This document shows, piece after piece, positions 41,878-55,030 of a DNA stretch of 64,000 nt; positions within the stretch are counted from its first letter, which is position 1, and every line of letters starts with the position of its first letter. Below the pieces are notes generated by a model, which was not told where the DNA came from, did no database searches, and saw only the letters and a program-made list of their open reading frames with translations. The position numbers were made by a program, and so were the translations under genes. Origin of the DNA: Octopus vulgaris (Eukaryota); contig OX597815.1 of NCBI GenBank assembly GCA_951406725.2, forward strand, positions 155,682,001-155,746,000, written 5' to 3'.

Positions 41878-42890
41878 GCCATTGTTCAGTTTTATTTCAA
41901 GATTTTTTGCCAATAGGGAACGAGCCGGTTTCTAACCTATATCCAAGGTTCCTTCAATGAAATTTCAATATCAACAAAGGGTATTTTAGTTTGTATGTAT
42001 GTATGTATGTATGTATGTATGTATGTATGTATGTATGTATGTATGTATGTATGTGTGTGTGTATGTGTGTATGTATGTATGTATGCATGTATGTATGTGT
42101 GTATGTATGTATATATGTATGTTTGTATGTATGTGTGTATGTATGTATATGTGCAGATTTGTATGTTTTGTTTTATGAAGGTATTCTCATGCATATAGTT
42201 GTATATCTAAATGATACACTTCTGGAAAGCTTTACAGATTTTTACAGTTGCAGTGATGGATTGGATCAGTAGTCTTTGAATTAGCTTTCCCCTTTCTGAT
42301 TTTGAGAAGGCTAATCTCTCAAGATTGGTATTTAGACAGTGTGTTACATATTCGAGGGCCTCAATAATTACAAGTATAAACCTGGACTTGAAATCTGGAT
42401 AGAGTAACTGCAGATTTCTCAATAGGTCAGTGTAGATATTCTCTTTTACACTGATCTTCAGCTTTATGTTAACATCTGCTGGGCAGCTAAGTTCTACAAC
42501 TGTACACAGTTTCTTTTCTCTATCCCAAATTATTATATCAGGTCTGTTGTGCTTACATTTTATTGAGGACTTCACTGGTACATTCCACCAGTATTCCTTT
42601 TTATTATAAGTGGCTATAGCTTCTACTATACTGTGGATTCTTATTCTTTATCCTCAGGGGTTATCCTTTCGACAGATTACATTATAGGATGTCCTAGCTA
42701 CAACGTCATGTCTCATCGGTAGATAATACCATGATGACATTTTCAGACAACTGCTTATGATGCAGGTGATATCTTTGGTGTTAACTCCGCAAAGTCTGCA
42801 TTGGTTGTCACATTTTACTGCTTTTCCTGCATTTCTATCCTTTTTGTGCATGCAATATTTGGTTGATATTTCTTGTTCCTAGATGATATT
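41878..42890 (-). mobile_element. R4/Dong-like non-LTR retrotransposon 3' end (zinc knuckle, restriction-like endonuclease, 3' UTR)
   Basis: CRLCGVNTKDITCIISSC, YLPMRHDVVA and HNRPDIIIWDREKKLCTVVELSCP...KENIY. (TATG)n tracts lie inside and at both ends. Confidence 0.85.
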
Positions 42891-42983
42891 TCTTTAAGTA
42901 TGAATGTATATATGTATGTATGCATGTGTGTGTGTACATGTGTGTGTGCATGTGTGTGTGTGTGCATGTGTGTGTGTGCATGT

Positions 42984-43027
<44 letters not shown>

Positions 43028-43405
43028 GTGTGTGTATATACATCACATGATGGTTGTGAATGAACATCAGCATCATACAAGTAAGGTTGTTGATTTCCAA
43101 TCTTGTGCAAAAAACGTTGGCTCGTTTGGAAACTGGTAATATTTGGCGTCAGAAAGGGCATCCAGTTACAGAAACACCTACCTCAGCAAATTCCATCTAA
43201 TCCAAGCATGAGAAACATTAAAAATGGCATTCACATATTTTTTTTTTTCCTCAGATTGAAACTATATATGGTATATAATATAGCATGCACACTTTATTTT
43301 TACTAGCCAACAGAAAGAGGTTACAAGGACTTATTTGCATATGATTAGCTTGTTACATCACCTGCAAAAACTTTAAGCAGCATGGTGAGAGCTGAATATA
43401 CTTAC

Positions 43406-43596
43406 GTGTTGTTCATAACATTGGATTTATGATCACTGGAAATTTGGTTTTGTGCTTTTTGTACGATTGCATGATGATGGAAAAGGCAAATGTCATTCAT
43501 GATTGTATGAGCTTCTTTTAACTTGTGGAGGTTCATAAGTCCACCGACCCCTATTCTGGTCATGTATCGATCTTCCCCATTGTAATCGGGAGCAAA
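43406..43596 (-). CDS. PLCE1: Phospholipase C epsilon exon (191 bp, phase 0 to 2), absent from the ORF track in this frame
   Basis: Acceptor ttgtAG and donor AC/GTAAGT. Reads FAPDYNGEDRYMTRIGVGGLMNLHKL..., like vertebrate PLCE1 [20 protein letters not shown] (recalled). Bridges the phases of both neighbouring exons. Confidence 0.92.
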
Positions 43597-43949
43597 CTAC
43601 AATAATATTGAGAAAGAGAGAGAAAGAGAAACAAAGAGACAAGGAAAACATAAATATAAATCTGAATTTGAAAACAATATGTAAATGAGACAACCTTTCA
43701 TTGCATTTGCATATTGACAAAGTATTAATCATATACTTTTAATGGATCTCAAGTCATTTGCCGTCGTGTTTGTTTAACTTTAGGTCATCCATAATCTAGC
43801 AGATTTATGATCAAAGGCAATGGGGACATCTCATCAGACCAAAAGTCCACAAGGTCCAAAATGGGAAAATTACACACACACGCACGCACACACTACATAT
43901 ATATATGCTTCATATATGTGTGTGTTTGAATTTATGTGTATATATATAT

Positions 43950-44298
43950 ACTCTTTTTTAATCTTTAACTTGTTTCAGTCATTTGACTGCAGCCATGCTG
44001 GAGCACCGCCTTTAGTCGATCAAATCGACCCCAGGACTTATTCTTTGTAAGCCTAGTACTTATTCTATTGGTCCCTCTTGCTGAACTGCTAAGTTACTGG
44101 GACGTAAACACACCAGCATCAGTTGTCAAGCGATGTTAGGGGGACAAACACACACACATATATATACATACAATGGGCTTCTTTCAGTTTCCGTCTACCA
44201 AATCCACTCAGAAGGTTTTGGTCGGCCCAAGGCTATAGTAGAAGACACTTGCCCAAGGTGCCATGCAGTGGGACCTTGGGCAAGTGTCTTCTACTATA
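43950..44298 (-). mobile_element. SINE family A whose head is replaced by a snap-back inversion
   Basis: Follows consensus up to cagtgggac, then continues as an inverted copy of 44234-44259. Confidence 0.88.
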
Positions 44299-45236
44299 TA
44301 TAGTATATACTATATATACGTATATAGTATATATGTATATACATATATATGCATTATATATATATATATGTATATATATGTATATATTTATATATATGCA
44401 CACACATATATATATATATATATACATGCATGCATACATATCTATGAGAGTGTGTGTGTGCATATTGTAATGGGATGTGGTTCATAAGCCAAAGAAAATA
44501 GAGTATGCAATACACAAAATAGATTGAGACTATATGAACAAAATGAGTTACAGAATTAATAGTTTCATGTCAGTCTCCACATGCCTATGTTCATCAAATG
44601 TTTATTATTCAGATGAGTCAGGAGACATTGTCTCATGAATGATCGGTCTTCTGGCCTGCAAGGAAAGACATTCCTGACTGTTTGAATATCTGAAACTACA
44701 ATATTGCTCAATGGTTCCTTCCCTTAGTTTTCTATAAAATAGTAAGATATGATTTGACATAATTTGGTTATTGTTTCTAGCAGATTAACTGGCCTTTTAG
44801 AGCCACTCTTGTTGGCTGGCCTTGCATAAGTTTTGATAATGAATATTTTAGATGTTTGTTACATAGATTTTTGCTTATATTTTATGCAAGTGCTGAGTAT
44901 TCTACAGGTAGTTGTACCCTTAACAATGATCTTTCAAGCTTTGTACATATAATGTATGAGAAGCAAACTGCATCACTTGAAAGGGAAAGAAAAAGGTACT
45001 TATTGTCATTGTATGTGTACCTATGTGTCATATGTATAACTGTTTGTGTGTGCATGTATAAGACAGAGAGAATAATTGCATTTGTATACCAAAGTCGATT
45101 TTAGTTTTTATTTTCCTTTCAATTTAATAATTTAAAAAAGTAAACAAGAAAGAAATGAAGATCATTAAAATAAATCAATGACAATTAATGATCGAGAATT
45201 ATCATTGATTTTTACTATTTTTGGTGATTATTTTTA

Positions 45237-45800
45237 AGGTGGTAAGCTGGCAGAATCTTTAGCATACTAGATGAATGCTTAGTGGTATTTCGACCATTGC
45301 TATGTTCTGAGTTCAAATTCCACCGAGGTTGACTTTGCTTTTCATCCTTTTGGGGTCGATTAAATAAGTACCAGTTATGCACTGGGGTTGATATAATTGA
45401 CTTAACCTGTTTGTCTGTCCTTGTTTGTCCTCTCTGTGTTTAGCCCCTTGTGGGTAGTAAAGAAATAGGTATTTCGCCCATTGCTAGGTTCTGAGTTCAA
45501 ATTCCACTGAGGTCGACTTTGCTTTTCATCATTTTGGGGTCGATTAAATAAGTACCAGTTATGCACTGGGGTTGATATAATTGACTTAATCTGTTTGTCT
45601 GTCCTTGTTTGTCCTCTCTGTGTTTAGCCCCTTGTGGGTAGTAAAGAAATAGGTATTTCGCCCATTGCTAGGTTCTGAGTTCAAATTCCACCGAGGTCGA
45701 CTTTGCCTTTCATCCTCTCAGGATGAAACATTGGTTTCAATGTAATCAGCTATTCCCCTCACACAAAATTTCAGACCTTGTGTCATTAGTAAAAAGTATT
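45237..45800 (+). mobile_element. Tandemly amplified SINE family C (184-bp period)
   Basis: Units begin ggtatttcg at 45284, 45468 and 45652. Confidence 0.9.
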
Positions 45801-46189
45801 ATTTTTGGTGATTATTAATAGTTATTGATTTACTTTCACTTTCAATCAGTGCAGTTGGTATCATTTTGTCCACTTTTTTATTACACATAGAATGTGCAAA
45901 AAGCTGCTCCTTTAATGTAATCCCAAGACAGAAACAACATTATACAGTGTGTGATAAGGAAGTTCCTTTTTCGAACATGAGTGTAGTCTATCCACATAGT
46001 TTTTATCAATCCATTTTCACCCATGTGACTTTAGTTAACACTCAGGCTATGTTAGAAGACAAATGTTCAAGGTACTGTACAATGAGACTGAAACTGGGAC
46101 CTTATAATTGCAATGCAAACTTTATAACCCTTCAGCTATGCACCATCCACTCACCAATAACTTGCTCAAAATAACACACACACACACAC

Positions 46190-46249
<60 letters not shown>

Positions 46250-47618
46250 TGACACTACTGATGTAGAGTTTTAGTTAAAATGTATTTAAATGTTAATGAT
46301 AGAAGTAGCTAAACATTACTGTTCTAAAGAGCTTCAGGTTGTTTTAAACTTTTTATACCAACCGACCTAGTACTGCATATGGTTCTATGACACCAACTTC
46401 CTATTTTAAAGTGACCTAAATTAAAAGCTTTCATCAAAATTTCATATTAATGCAGGTTCTAAACTTAATTATGATGAAACCATTTTACAAAATTCTACTT
46501 AATTTTCAAAAGGAATTGAAACACAACACAGCCTCCAGTCTACTGGAACACTGCATTCATAGTTGAATATTCCATTTATTTTGTATCAGTTTTTGTGCAT
46601 ATCCAAAGGTTCAGTTTTAGATTTTTCATGTACATCATAGCTCTAATTGGTGGATCAACAAATTGATGGAGGCTGCTAGTCTTTGGTGGATGCAATTTTT
46701 AAGACAGCTGGTTTGTTATATAATAAAGAAATCTGTCTTATTGCCTTTTAAAAATCTCTTGAGAATCTTGCAAAAACTTCTATTAATTTTCATTTTTCAT
46801 AATTCTTTCAAGAGAGAGTGAGACAACTAAGGACATTCAAATGGCGAACTATTGCAGTACAGGAAATTCCTAATGTAAGAGATTGCTGAAGTTTGGCAGT
46901 GATTTTTATTATTTTTTTATTTCTTGTGTGTTCAGGTTCAAATCAGGATTTTCAAGAATCTTCCACATACATTTCATGGCATATTCTTCCCCCTTACCTT
47001 TCTAAAACTTTGGGATACTACATAGAAATAACCTGTTATACTTATTGGAAGGGGTAAAATGCTTTTTGCAATTTCTCCACTTGATGGATAACTTCTTTGC
47101 TGTCTGTGGAATACTCAGCCACTTACATGCTGATTTAATGAACAAGTAATTCAGTTGATCTGAATGCTTATTTACAAAACTAACAGAGATCTGTCTGCCT
47201 GCCCATCCATTTTCAGTTGGAAAAATGGACATACACGGATCAATCTTTTCTCTTCACAAAGAGAGAAAACGACATATGTTGGTAAATGAGGTTGTTACAA
47301 GGTGTGCTCCTAGGCCGAATCTGTTACTGAGGCATAAATGTAGGCACACAAACTTTAGCCTCAAAATTATTTTAATCTTTGTTCCTGAATGAATATATTT
47401 AGATTTGAAAATATATTATAGTGATATTATATCTTGATTTGCAAGAAGAGAATTTATTATAAAGAAAATTTGCCATCTTTGGTGAGTGTGTAGTGCTCAC
47501 CTAATGCTCCCAGAATATATGTGAGTGTGTATGGATGGTCGGATGTATTTATGTATGCATGCAATCATCTGTAAAGATTGAACAAACAACATGTATGTAT
47601 GCATATTTGTGTGTGTAT

Positions 47619-47672
<54 letters not shown>

Positions 47673-48169
47673 ACATAAGTATTTATGCATATGCATATGT
47701 GTGTATTACCTTATTGATTCTATTATTTCATTTTGTTTCATTTCCTATATAATTAAAACTACTTTGCCAAAAGCTCTGGAGTTTATCAATAAATTCATAT
47801 ATTGACTGATTAGAATTTTTTTTCTTTTTCAGTGGGTAGAAAATTTCAATAATAGAATAATTATATAAATTCATTGTATTGACGTTTGCCAGAATTTCTC
47901 ATAGCTTTATATATAGAATATGATACTTTTAGAGGTTGTCACTTACTAGAAAAAGAAAGGTTTGTATTCCTAATGCAAGCTTTAGAATTGTATGTAGCTA
48001 AATTAAACAAGGCAAACAGGATACTGTGTGCAAGGTAAAAACAACTCTGCTCTCATTGACTTGGTCCATGTAGAGGTACTAAGTTGTAGATAAAGTTCAT
48101 CTCCTGGTAGTAAGAAACTTTTAAATAAATTAGTCAGAGAAAGGAGTAATGGTTATGAGCTTAGCACTA

Positions 48170-48560
48170 CCTCTGAGACAGGTGAGGTTGATGAAGTTGA
48201 TGTTCAGCTACTCTGAGTGAGCTACATGTAGACTATATGTTGGATGTAGCATCAGTTTGATTCCCTCAGGTTCCTGGAGTTTATTTCAGGTTGTTTATGA
48301 AGTCTTGTGTTGTCTTGCTGCAGAAAAGCTCGTTTTCTGTTCACTAATGCCAAATATTTTTGCCACTCAATGGCATAGATCCACTCCAGCTGTTTGGAGT
48401 ACAGGCTAGCATCAATGGATCGACCATCCAAAACAAACTTGTACTAAATTATCTCCTCATAATTCCACTAGACAGAGCATCACTTTGTGTTTGAAATGCA
48501 CGTGGTTGATGACAGATTCCAGAAGTTGGCCCTTGTTTAACCTCTGCTTATGCACTTTAA
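48170..48560 (-). mobile_element. Mariner transposase catalytic-domain relic
   Basis: Minus-strand translation gives KHKVMLC..WNYEEI, DGRSIDASLYSKQLE, LVNRKRAFLQQDNTRLH and LHPTYSLHVAHSE (HDNARPH and HPPYSPDLAPSD-like). Confidence 0.75.
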
Positions 48561-48868
48561 ATTTGCAGATAAATATTTCCCTCAGATTATTACTTATTCT
48601 GACCCATAACTCAATTCCAGTGCTCACAACACTTCATAACAACAAGAAGTGGAAGGTTCAGTGAAGGATTTCTGCACCTCGAAGGAGAAGAACTGGTACC
48701 TACATCATGGGGACTGGTAGAAAGGTGGTTTCAGATGACCTACTTGAGTGGTGAGCTGCTTTTGTTGTAATTTTATGAACAAAGCAAATAAGTTACCAAA
48801 ATATTACAAAACATGTATCTATTTACACAGCTGCATGCACACACACTACTTTATTGAAGCTAAAAAAA

Positions 48869-49425
48869 ATCTTTATTATTGTCACACTGCCTTCAGTGCA
48901 TGCATACTTATAGTTGGTACTATTGTGGTCATGTGATCAAAGTCTAAGTCTGATTGCACCATTTTTCATTCTGGTTTTACAGTGTAAACATGGCCACTCC
49001 ATTAGCACTGTGCACCAAAGAAGGAGAAAGAGCAGTGATCTGATTTCTCTGGTCGGAAGGTGTCTCAGGTGCTGAAGTTCATCGGAAGCTTTTAGCACAG
49101 TACAGGGACAATGCACTGCTGCATAGAAGAGTGTAGGAGTGGATCAGGAAGTTTAAAAGTGACCAGACAAGCGTGATGCACAAAGAAGGAGCAGGACGCT
49201 CATCAACTTCCATCACTGATGAGAAAATTCAACAAGCTTGAGAAATGGTAATGGTGAACCAGTTCACCATTACCATCTTTGTTCTTCTTTGGTGCGATCA
49301 GACTCAAACTTTGATCACATGACTACGATAGTACCAACTATAAGTAGGCATGTACTGAAGGCAGTGTGACATTAATAAAGATATGTTATGGCAAAAGTGC
49401 AGATAATTTTTGATTTCCCCTCATA
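48869..49425. mobile_element. Mariner-derived fold-back element: 5' transposase fragment closed by an inverted copy of the 5' end
   Basis: 48869-48961 is inverted at ~49290-49382. Internal EKRAVI*FLWSEGVSGAEVHRKLLAQY (mariner HTH region). TIR tttttgatttcccctcaTA at the right end. Confidence 0.8.
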
Positions 49426-49431
49426 GAAGAT

Positions 49432-49512
<81 letters not shown>

Positions 49513-49911
49513 TAAAAATCATAATTAAGAAATGTGTTGCAACTTTAGAATATATGGATTTCTTTTTGCCATTATACAGCCTCTCCTTTTCTATTTCCTT
49601 TATTCTCCTGTGTCTTTTCTCTCACTTTTTAAAAATAATAGTATGCAGATTCGTCTCAAGTTAAAATAGATTACTTGATCTACTGTCTAGTTATGATCTG
49701 CAATATCTAATTGAAATGAAAAATAAAACCCACATGAGATTTCAAGTATTGTGAAAAACCGTGATGAACAAAAATTCTACTTTTTATCAATTGATGTTCA
49801 GAAATATATGTATATGACTTACTAAAATCATTTGTAAGTTAACAATTTTAAATTTTGTATCGCATAAGTATTAACTGTGAAATAGCTGTAGATTTAAATT
49901 AAGTCTCTCTA

Positions 49912-51204
49912 CAAGAGTGGACTGAAAAATTCATAGTCTGATTATCATGGAGTGGTGCTAGAGTTGGGAAATCTTGCATGCATTAATTTCAACCCTTTTT
50001 ATTTAATAACTGCATTGTTTCTCTCCAGATAAACTGACATCTGACTGTTCAAAAAAGACTTCAAAAGTAACTTGTAGTCACTTCTCTTAAAAATCAACAA
50101 AATTTGGCATCATGGTGTTATCAAGTACCTGCAGAAATGGAGTTTAGCTCCCCAAGGATGTTCATGCTGACATGGTTGCTACGTAAGGGGATGACATTCC
50201 AGCTTTTTCAATTGTGTGAAAGTGGACAGCTGAATTTAAGAGGGAAAGTGAGTGTCTTAGAGATGACCCAAAGTCTGGACATTCTGTAACTGCCACCACC
50301 GAAGAAAACATTGATTGCATTCACCATACAGAGATGGATGACAAACAATTTACTTATAAGCCAAATAGCTTGTGCCATTAGCATTATCTCGTGAGAGGGT
50401 TGAGAACATTTTACACAATGCACTTGGCATAACAAAGGTTTCTGCTTGGTGGCTCCTATGTCTTCTGACACCAACTCAAAAGTGCACCAGACTGATCATA
50501 GCATGAGAAAACCTGAAACTGTTTGAGTTAGATCCAGCTGGTTTCCTTAAACATTTCCTAAGCTAGGATGAGAGTTGGATTCATCACTTTGAGCCAGAGA
50601 CAAAGAGACAATCCATACAATGAAAACACCACTCCTCACTGCTCCAAAGAAGGCCAAAGTCATTTCACCAACTGGGAAGGTAATGACTTCAGTTTTATGG
50701 GATGTAAAAGGCATTGTGTTTATTGTCTATCTTCAAAAGTGCCACACCATCAATGGAAAGTAATCAACTTACTGAGGCAGTTATGAAAGGCCATCAAGAT
50801 CAAATAGCCAGGAAAACTGATGAAAGGGGTCTTGTTTCATCAGAACTATGCTCCAGCACACAAGTCCGTTGTTTCTATGGCTACTATGCATGACTGCGAC
50901 TTTGACCTGATTGATCTCACCCTCCCTACTGATTTGGTCCCACCTGACTATCATCTGTTTCCCCAACATGAAAAAAACACTTGGCTGGGAACCAGTATTG
51001 CAGTGATGATGATGTCATATCTGCTGTTGATGAATTTTTTGACCAACAGGATGAAAGCTTCTTTACTGATGGGATCTAAGAAGTGCAACACCAATGGAAG
51101 AAGTGTGTAGACTGCAAAGAGGACTATGTTGAAAAATAAACCTCTTTTGGTCACATTCTGTGAAAGTATCTCGGTGAGCTTATGAACATTTTAGCCAACC
51201 CTCA
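49912..51204 (+). mobile_element. Full-length but degenerate mariner (DD34D) transposon, ~1.29 kb
   Basis: TA-flanked imperfect TIRs. Frameshifted transposase motifs DESWIHHFEPETKRQS, VLFHQNYAPAHKS and PTDLVPPDYHLFP. Confidence 0.9.
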
Positions 51205-52200
51205 TACTTTGATTGATGATTCTACTTTGAATGGAATGGTAAATTTTAAGATGCATTGAAAATTAATGTTTACTAAATATAAGAAAACAAACACTTGATA
51301 AATTATATAGTAAGGTATAATTTAATTGTTGTGGCTCCATTTTCATACCCTTTATTTATTTATGTATTTTCGTTTGTTCCTGGAAATGTTGCTACTGATT
51401 TTAATTGATATTTTCTTTTGATTTTTAAAGTATATATTTTACTTTTCATTTACATTATTGTTGCTGAATTTAATAACCTTTGCAAAATTTGAAATCATTA
51501 TTTAACTTTTTTGAAATTAAAAGCAATTTATAAAATAGAATTCCTATATGTCACTTGTGTCTCTATCAAATTACAGTTGTTAAACAATGATATTCCCAGA
51601 TATATCAATATAATTCATCACATAAGACTATTAAAAAGTCATTTCTTGGTCTCAAGTGATCATGATGAACTTATGTGCCCAAAGGCACTGAGAAATGATG
51701 CAGCTGCTTTATTTGATAAGATCTTGTACCACATTAGTACTTGATAAACTGTTTAACATGTTTTGTAATAAAAATCTTTTGAAAGAGTCAGCAAATAACT
51801 GAACAATACAGTTTTAGATTTCCAGTATTGAAACATAGAAGTCTGCAATTAATTTCCTATGTATGCATGTTTGGAGGGTTGTCTGAACACATGTGTATAT
51901 AACTTTACATTTGTGATTGGATATGGAGTATATTAATGAGATTATATAGCTTGTATATTTATGTGTCTATGTAGTGTTATCTGTTGACCACCTAAACTAA
52001 CTTTTCCTCTCACTTTGATCCCTGTTATCACCTTATAGCTTTTCTATCTCAAGGGTGTAGCACACCTGTTTTCCTTTTCTTTCTCTGTTATTTTTTTCCC
52101 TTTATATCCCCCTTCATCGTTTACTTCTGGGGCTGTGCATTATAGATATTTTTGATTTCTTAGTGCTACACACTCACCTAACTAGCTATGTCTATTTGTC

Positions 52201-52242
<42 letters not shown>

Positions 52243-52539
52243 TATATGTATGTGTAAATATATCATCATCATCATCATTTAACGTCCACTTTCCATGCTA
52301 GCATGGGTTGGACAATTTGACTGAGGACTGGCAAACCAGATGGCCGCACCAGGCTCCAATCTTGATCTGGCAGAGTTTCTACGGCTGGATGGCCTTCCTA
52401 ACGCCAACCACTCCAAGAGTGTAGTGAGTGCCTTTATATGCCACCGGCATGAGGGCCAATCAGGCGGTACTGGCAACAGCCATGCTCAAATGGTGTTTCT
52501 TACGTGCCATATATATATATATATATGTAAATAATATAT

Positions 52540-53545
52540 ATATGCATATATACATACGTATATGTACCTACTTACATCTATATGTATATATATAGCCATA
52601 TGTGGGCACAGGACATCACAAAACATGTACAACCAAAAAATACGAAGTACAAGTACATGGAATATGAACTATTTTTTCGAACAATGAAAGACAAATGGAA
52701 AACAAGACAAACAACATAAAGAACGACCCTTCATCAGTTATTGGCTGATTTTTCTACTCTCGTATTTCAAGAATTTAAAACAAGATAGATTGAATGCCTC
52801 ACATACTCTATTCTTTCCTTATTCTCTTTCGTTTTTCTCTCTTCCTCTCTGTTATTCTTTTACCTCCTCTTCTCCCGCTATTCTATCCTATTGCTCTTTC
52901 GTTTTTTCTCTCTTTCTTTCTCTTATTCATCTATCTCCCTTTCTCCCCTCCTGTTTTTTATCACTTATCCTATCTCCAAATTTTTTCCTCTCCCCTTCAC
53001 AGTTCTTTGTCTGTCACTCTCTTTCTCTCATGTGGCTCCCACATGATCATTGGTCATCTTTCTTTCTTCTCCTCACTTGTGTTGCTTTCTTTCTCTCCGT
53101 TGTAGCTGGATCAAGGAAGACATGTTCTTGTCTGTCTCCTGTCCAAGCTTGATTTACACGTTTGCCACCACAACTTCATTTAGGTTTAGCAGCCCTTCCT
53201 GTTTGTTTTCATTGTCCTGTTTTTGTTACCAATTTTGACCCTCCACAAAAATCCCAACTTTTATTTAATTTGCTTTGCAGGAGCAACCGTATTATTGAAA
53301 GCATATCTTGTTTTGAATTGCTCAAAATACGAGAGCAGAAAAAACAGCCAACAACTGATGAAGGGTCGTTCTTTAAGCTGTTTGTCTTGTTTTCCATTTG
53401 TCTTTCGTTGTTCAGAAAAATAGTTCATATTCCATGTACTCGTACTTTGTATTTTTTGTTGTACACGTTTCATGATGTCTTGTGCCCACATATGCATATA
53501 TATATATATATATACATATAGATGTAAGTATGTACATATGCATAT
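52540..53545. mobile_element. ~1-kb (TA)n-flanked element with ~240-bp terminal inverted repeats and a pyrimidine-rich core
   Basis: 52550-52787 is the diverged reverse complement of 53303-53540. Both arms contain CTGATGAAGGG. Confidence 0.75.
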
Positions 53546-53612
53546 ATATTATATATCAAATATATATATATATCAGTTGAGTCACAGAAATAGCAATTAA
53601 TAGTAGACTTAC

Positions 53613-53862
53613 CTCCAATGGTTGATTTTCTTCAGAAGCCAATACAATAATGCTTGGTACACCAACAAATACAGCTCGTAGATTCCTGAGAAATCCTCCA
53701 ATAAAAGGCACTACTTTACAGTCTGGAATATCTAAGGACCTGTTGACTGCTTCCCGAAATTCTCTGCTTGGTTCAGCAGACAATAATAGCTCTGATAAGG
53801 ATTGGAAACTCCTCCTTTCATTTTCACTCAAATTTAACCAAAATGGTTTCAGCTTATCAGAT
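53613..53862 (-). CDS. PLCE1: Phospholipase C epsilon exon, RasGEF/CDC25 C-terminal part (250 bp, phase 2 to 0)
   Basis: Acceptor ttcAG and donor GAG/GTAAGT. Reads SDKLKPFWLNLSENERRSFQSL...CKVVPFIGGFLRNL...QPLE, resembling the PLC-epsilon RasGEF tail. Phase matches the next exon. Confidence 0.93.
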
Positions 53863-54437
53863 CTGAAATTTATTAAAAAGATATGTGTAAATATATCATC
53901 ATCATCATCATAATCACTGCCGCCACTGCCACCACCACCACCACCACCATCATCAATTTAATGTCTTCTGCGCTTGCATGGATCAGATGGAATTTTTTGG
54001 GGTAGATTTTCTGTAGCCAGATGCCCTTCATATTAGCATTCTTTATCTATTTTGAAACTAGGTAATATTTCCCCATGACTGGACATGTTATACCAAGGTT
54101 TATTAAAAACAAATGACCCCACTTGTAGGAAAGTGAAGCTTATTTTACAAACACCCTGTGATGTCATGTCAAGACAAGGGGATAAAAATATACATGCAAA
54201 CAGACAGACAGACAGACAAACATAATGACTGCAAACTCATGTTTGAATATAGCCATCACCTGATGGAAAGTCCCACACATGTGAAGGCTATGACCAGCCA
54301 TTTTTGTGATAGGTCTTACCTTTTTTTCAAGCAATGCCTGTGCATGATAACTTTTTATCATGGTGAAAGGAGATGCACAAATTCAATTCCACTCTCTGAA
54401 CATGGACAACATAAACTTGGAAAGAAGAACTAGTCTA

Positions 54438-54669
54438 AAGGCGGCGAGCTGGCAGAAACGTTAGCACGCTGGGCGAAATGCTTAGCAGTATTTCGTCTGC
54501 CACTTCGTTCTGAGTTCAAATTCCGCTGAGGTTGACTTTGCCTTTCATCCTTTCGGGGTTGATAAGTTAAGCACCAGTTATGCACTGGGGTCGATGTAAT
54601 CGACTTAATCCCTTTGTCTGTCCTTGTCTGTCCCCTCTGTGTGTAATCCCTTGTGGGCAGTAAAGAAAT
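54438..54669 (+). mobile_element. SINE family C (Deu/Nin-domain-like) with 16-bp TSD
   Basis: ggcggcgagctggcagaa...gagttcaaattcc...gactttgcctttcatcctttcggggt.gataa. TSD aagaagaactagtcta at 54422-54437 and 54670-54685. Confidence 0.92.
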
Positions 54670-54884
54670 AAGAAGAACTAGTCTACATCACTGAATATTG
54701 TCTGTCTCTCTCTCTCTCTCTCACATACATACACACACACGCACACACACACACACACACACACAGAAAATGAACTTCAGTTTATATGTACCAAATTACA
54801 TGTACCAAATTCTGCTTGCCCAGGACTACACACTGTAGAGTAACAGCCCCAAAATAAACTATGTGAGTGTGAGTGTTTTTGATT

Positions 54885-55030
54885 TTTAATTATTTGATGA
54901 CTTCTTGTAAAGAAGGAGCTGGTTTGTAACAAGGATACAAAGCTACATTAATGGAATATAGATAACAGTAATGTCATATGCTGAACTTGATAAAATTCTT
55001 ACAGAAATTTACTGTACTGCTTACAGATTG
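54885..55030 (-). mobile_element. Short remnant of an R4/Dong-like 3' end
   Basis: Minus-strand TVNFCKNFIKF parallels TVKICKAFQKC at 42210-42250. gagctggtttgtaac resembles the UTR at 41920-41937. Confidence 0.5.
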
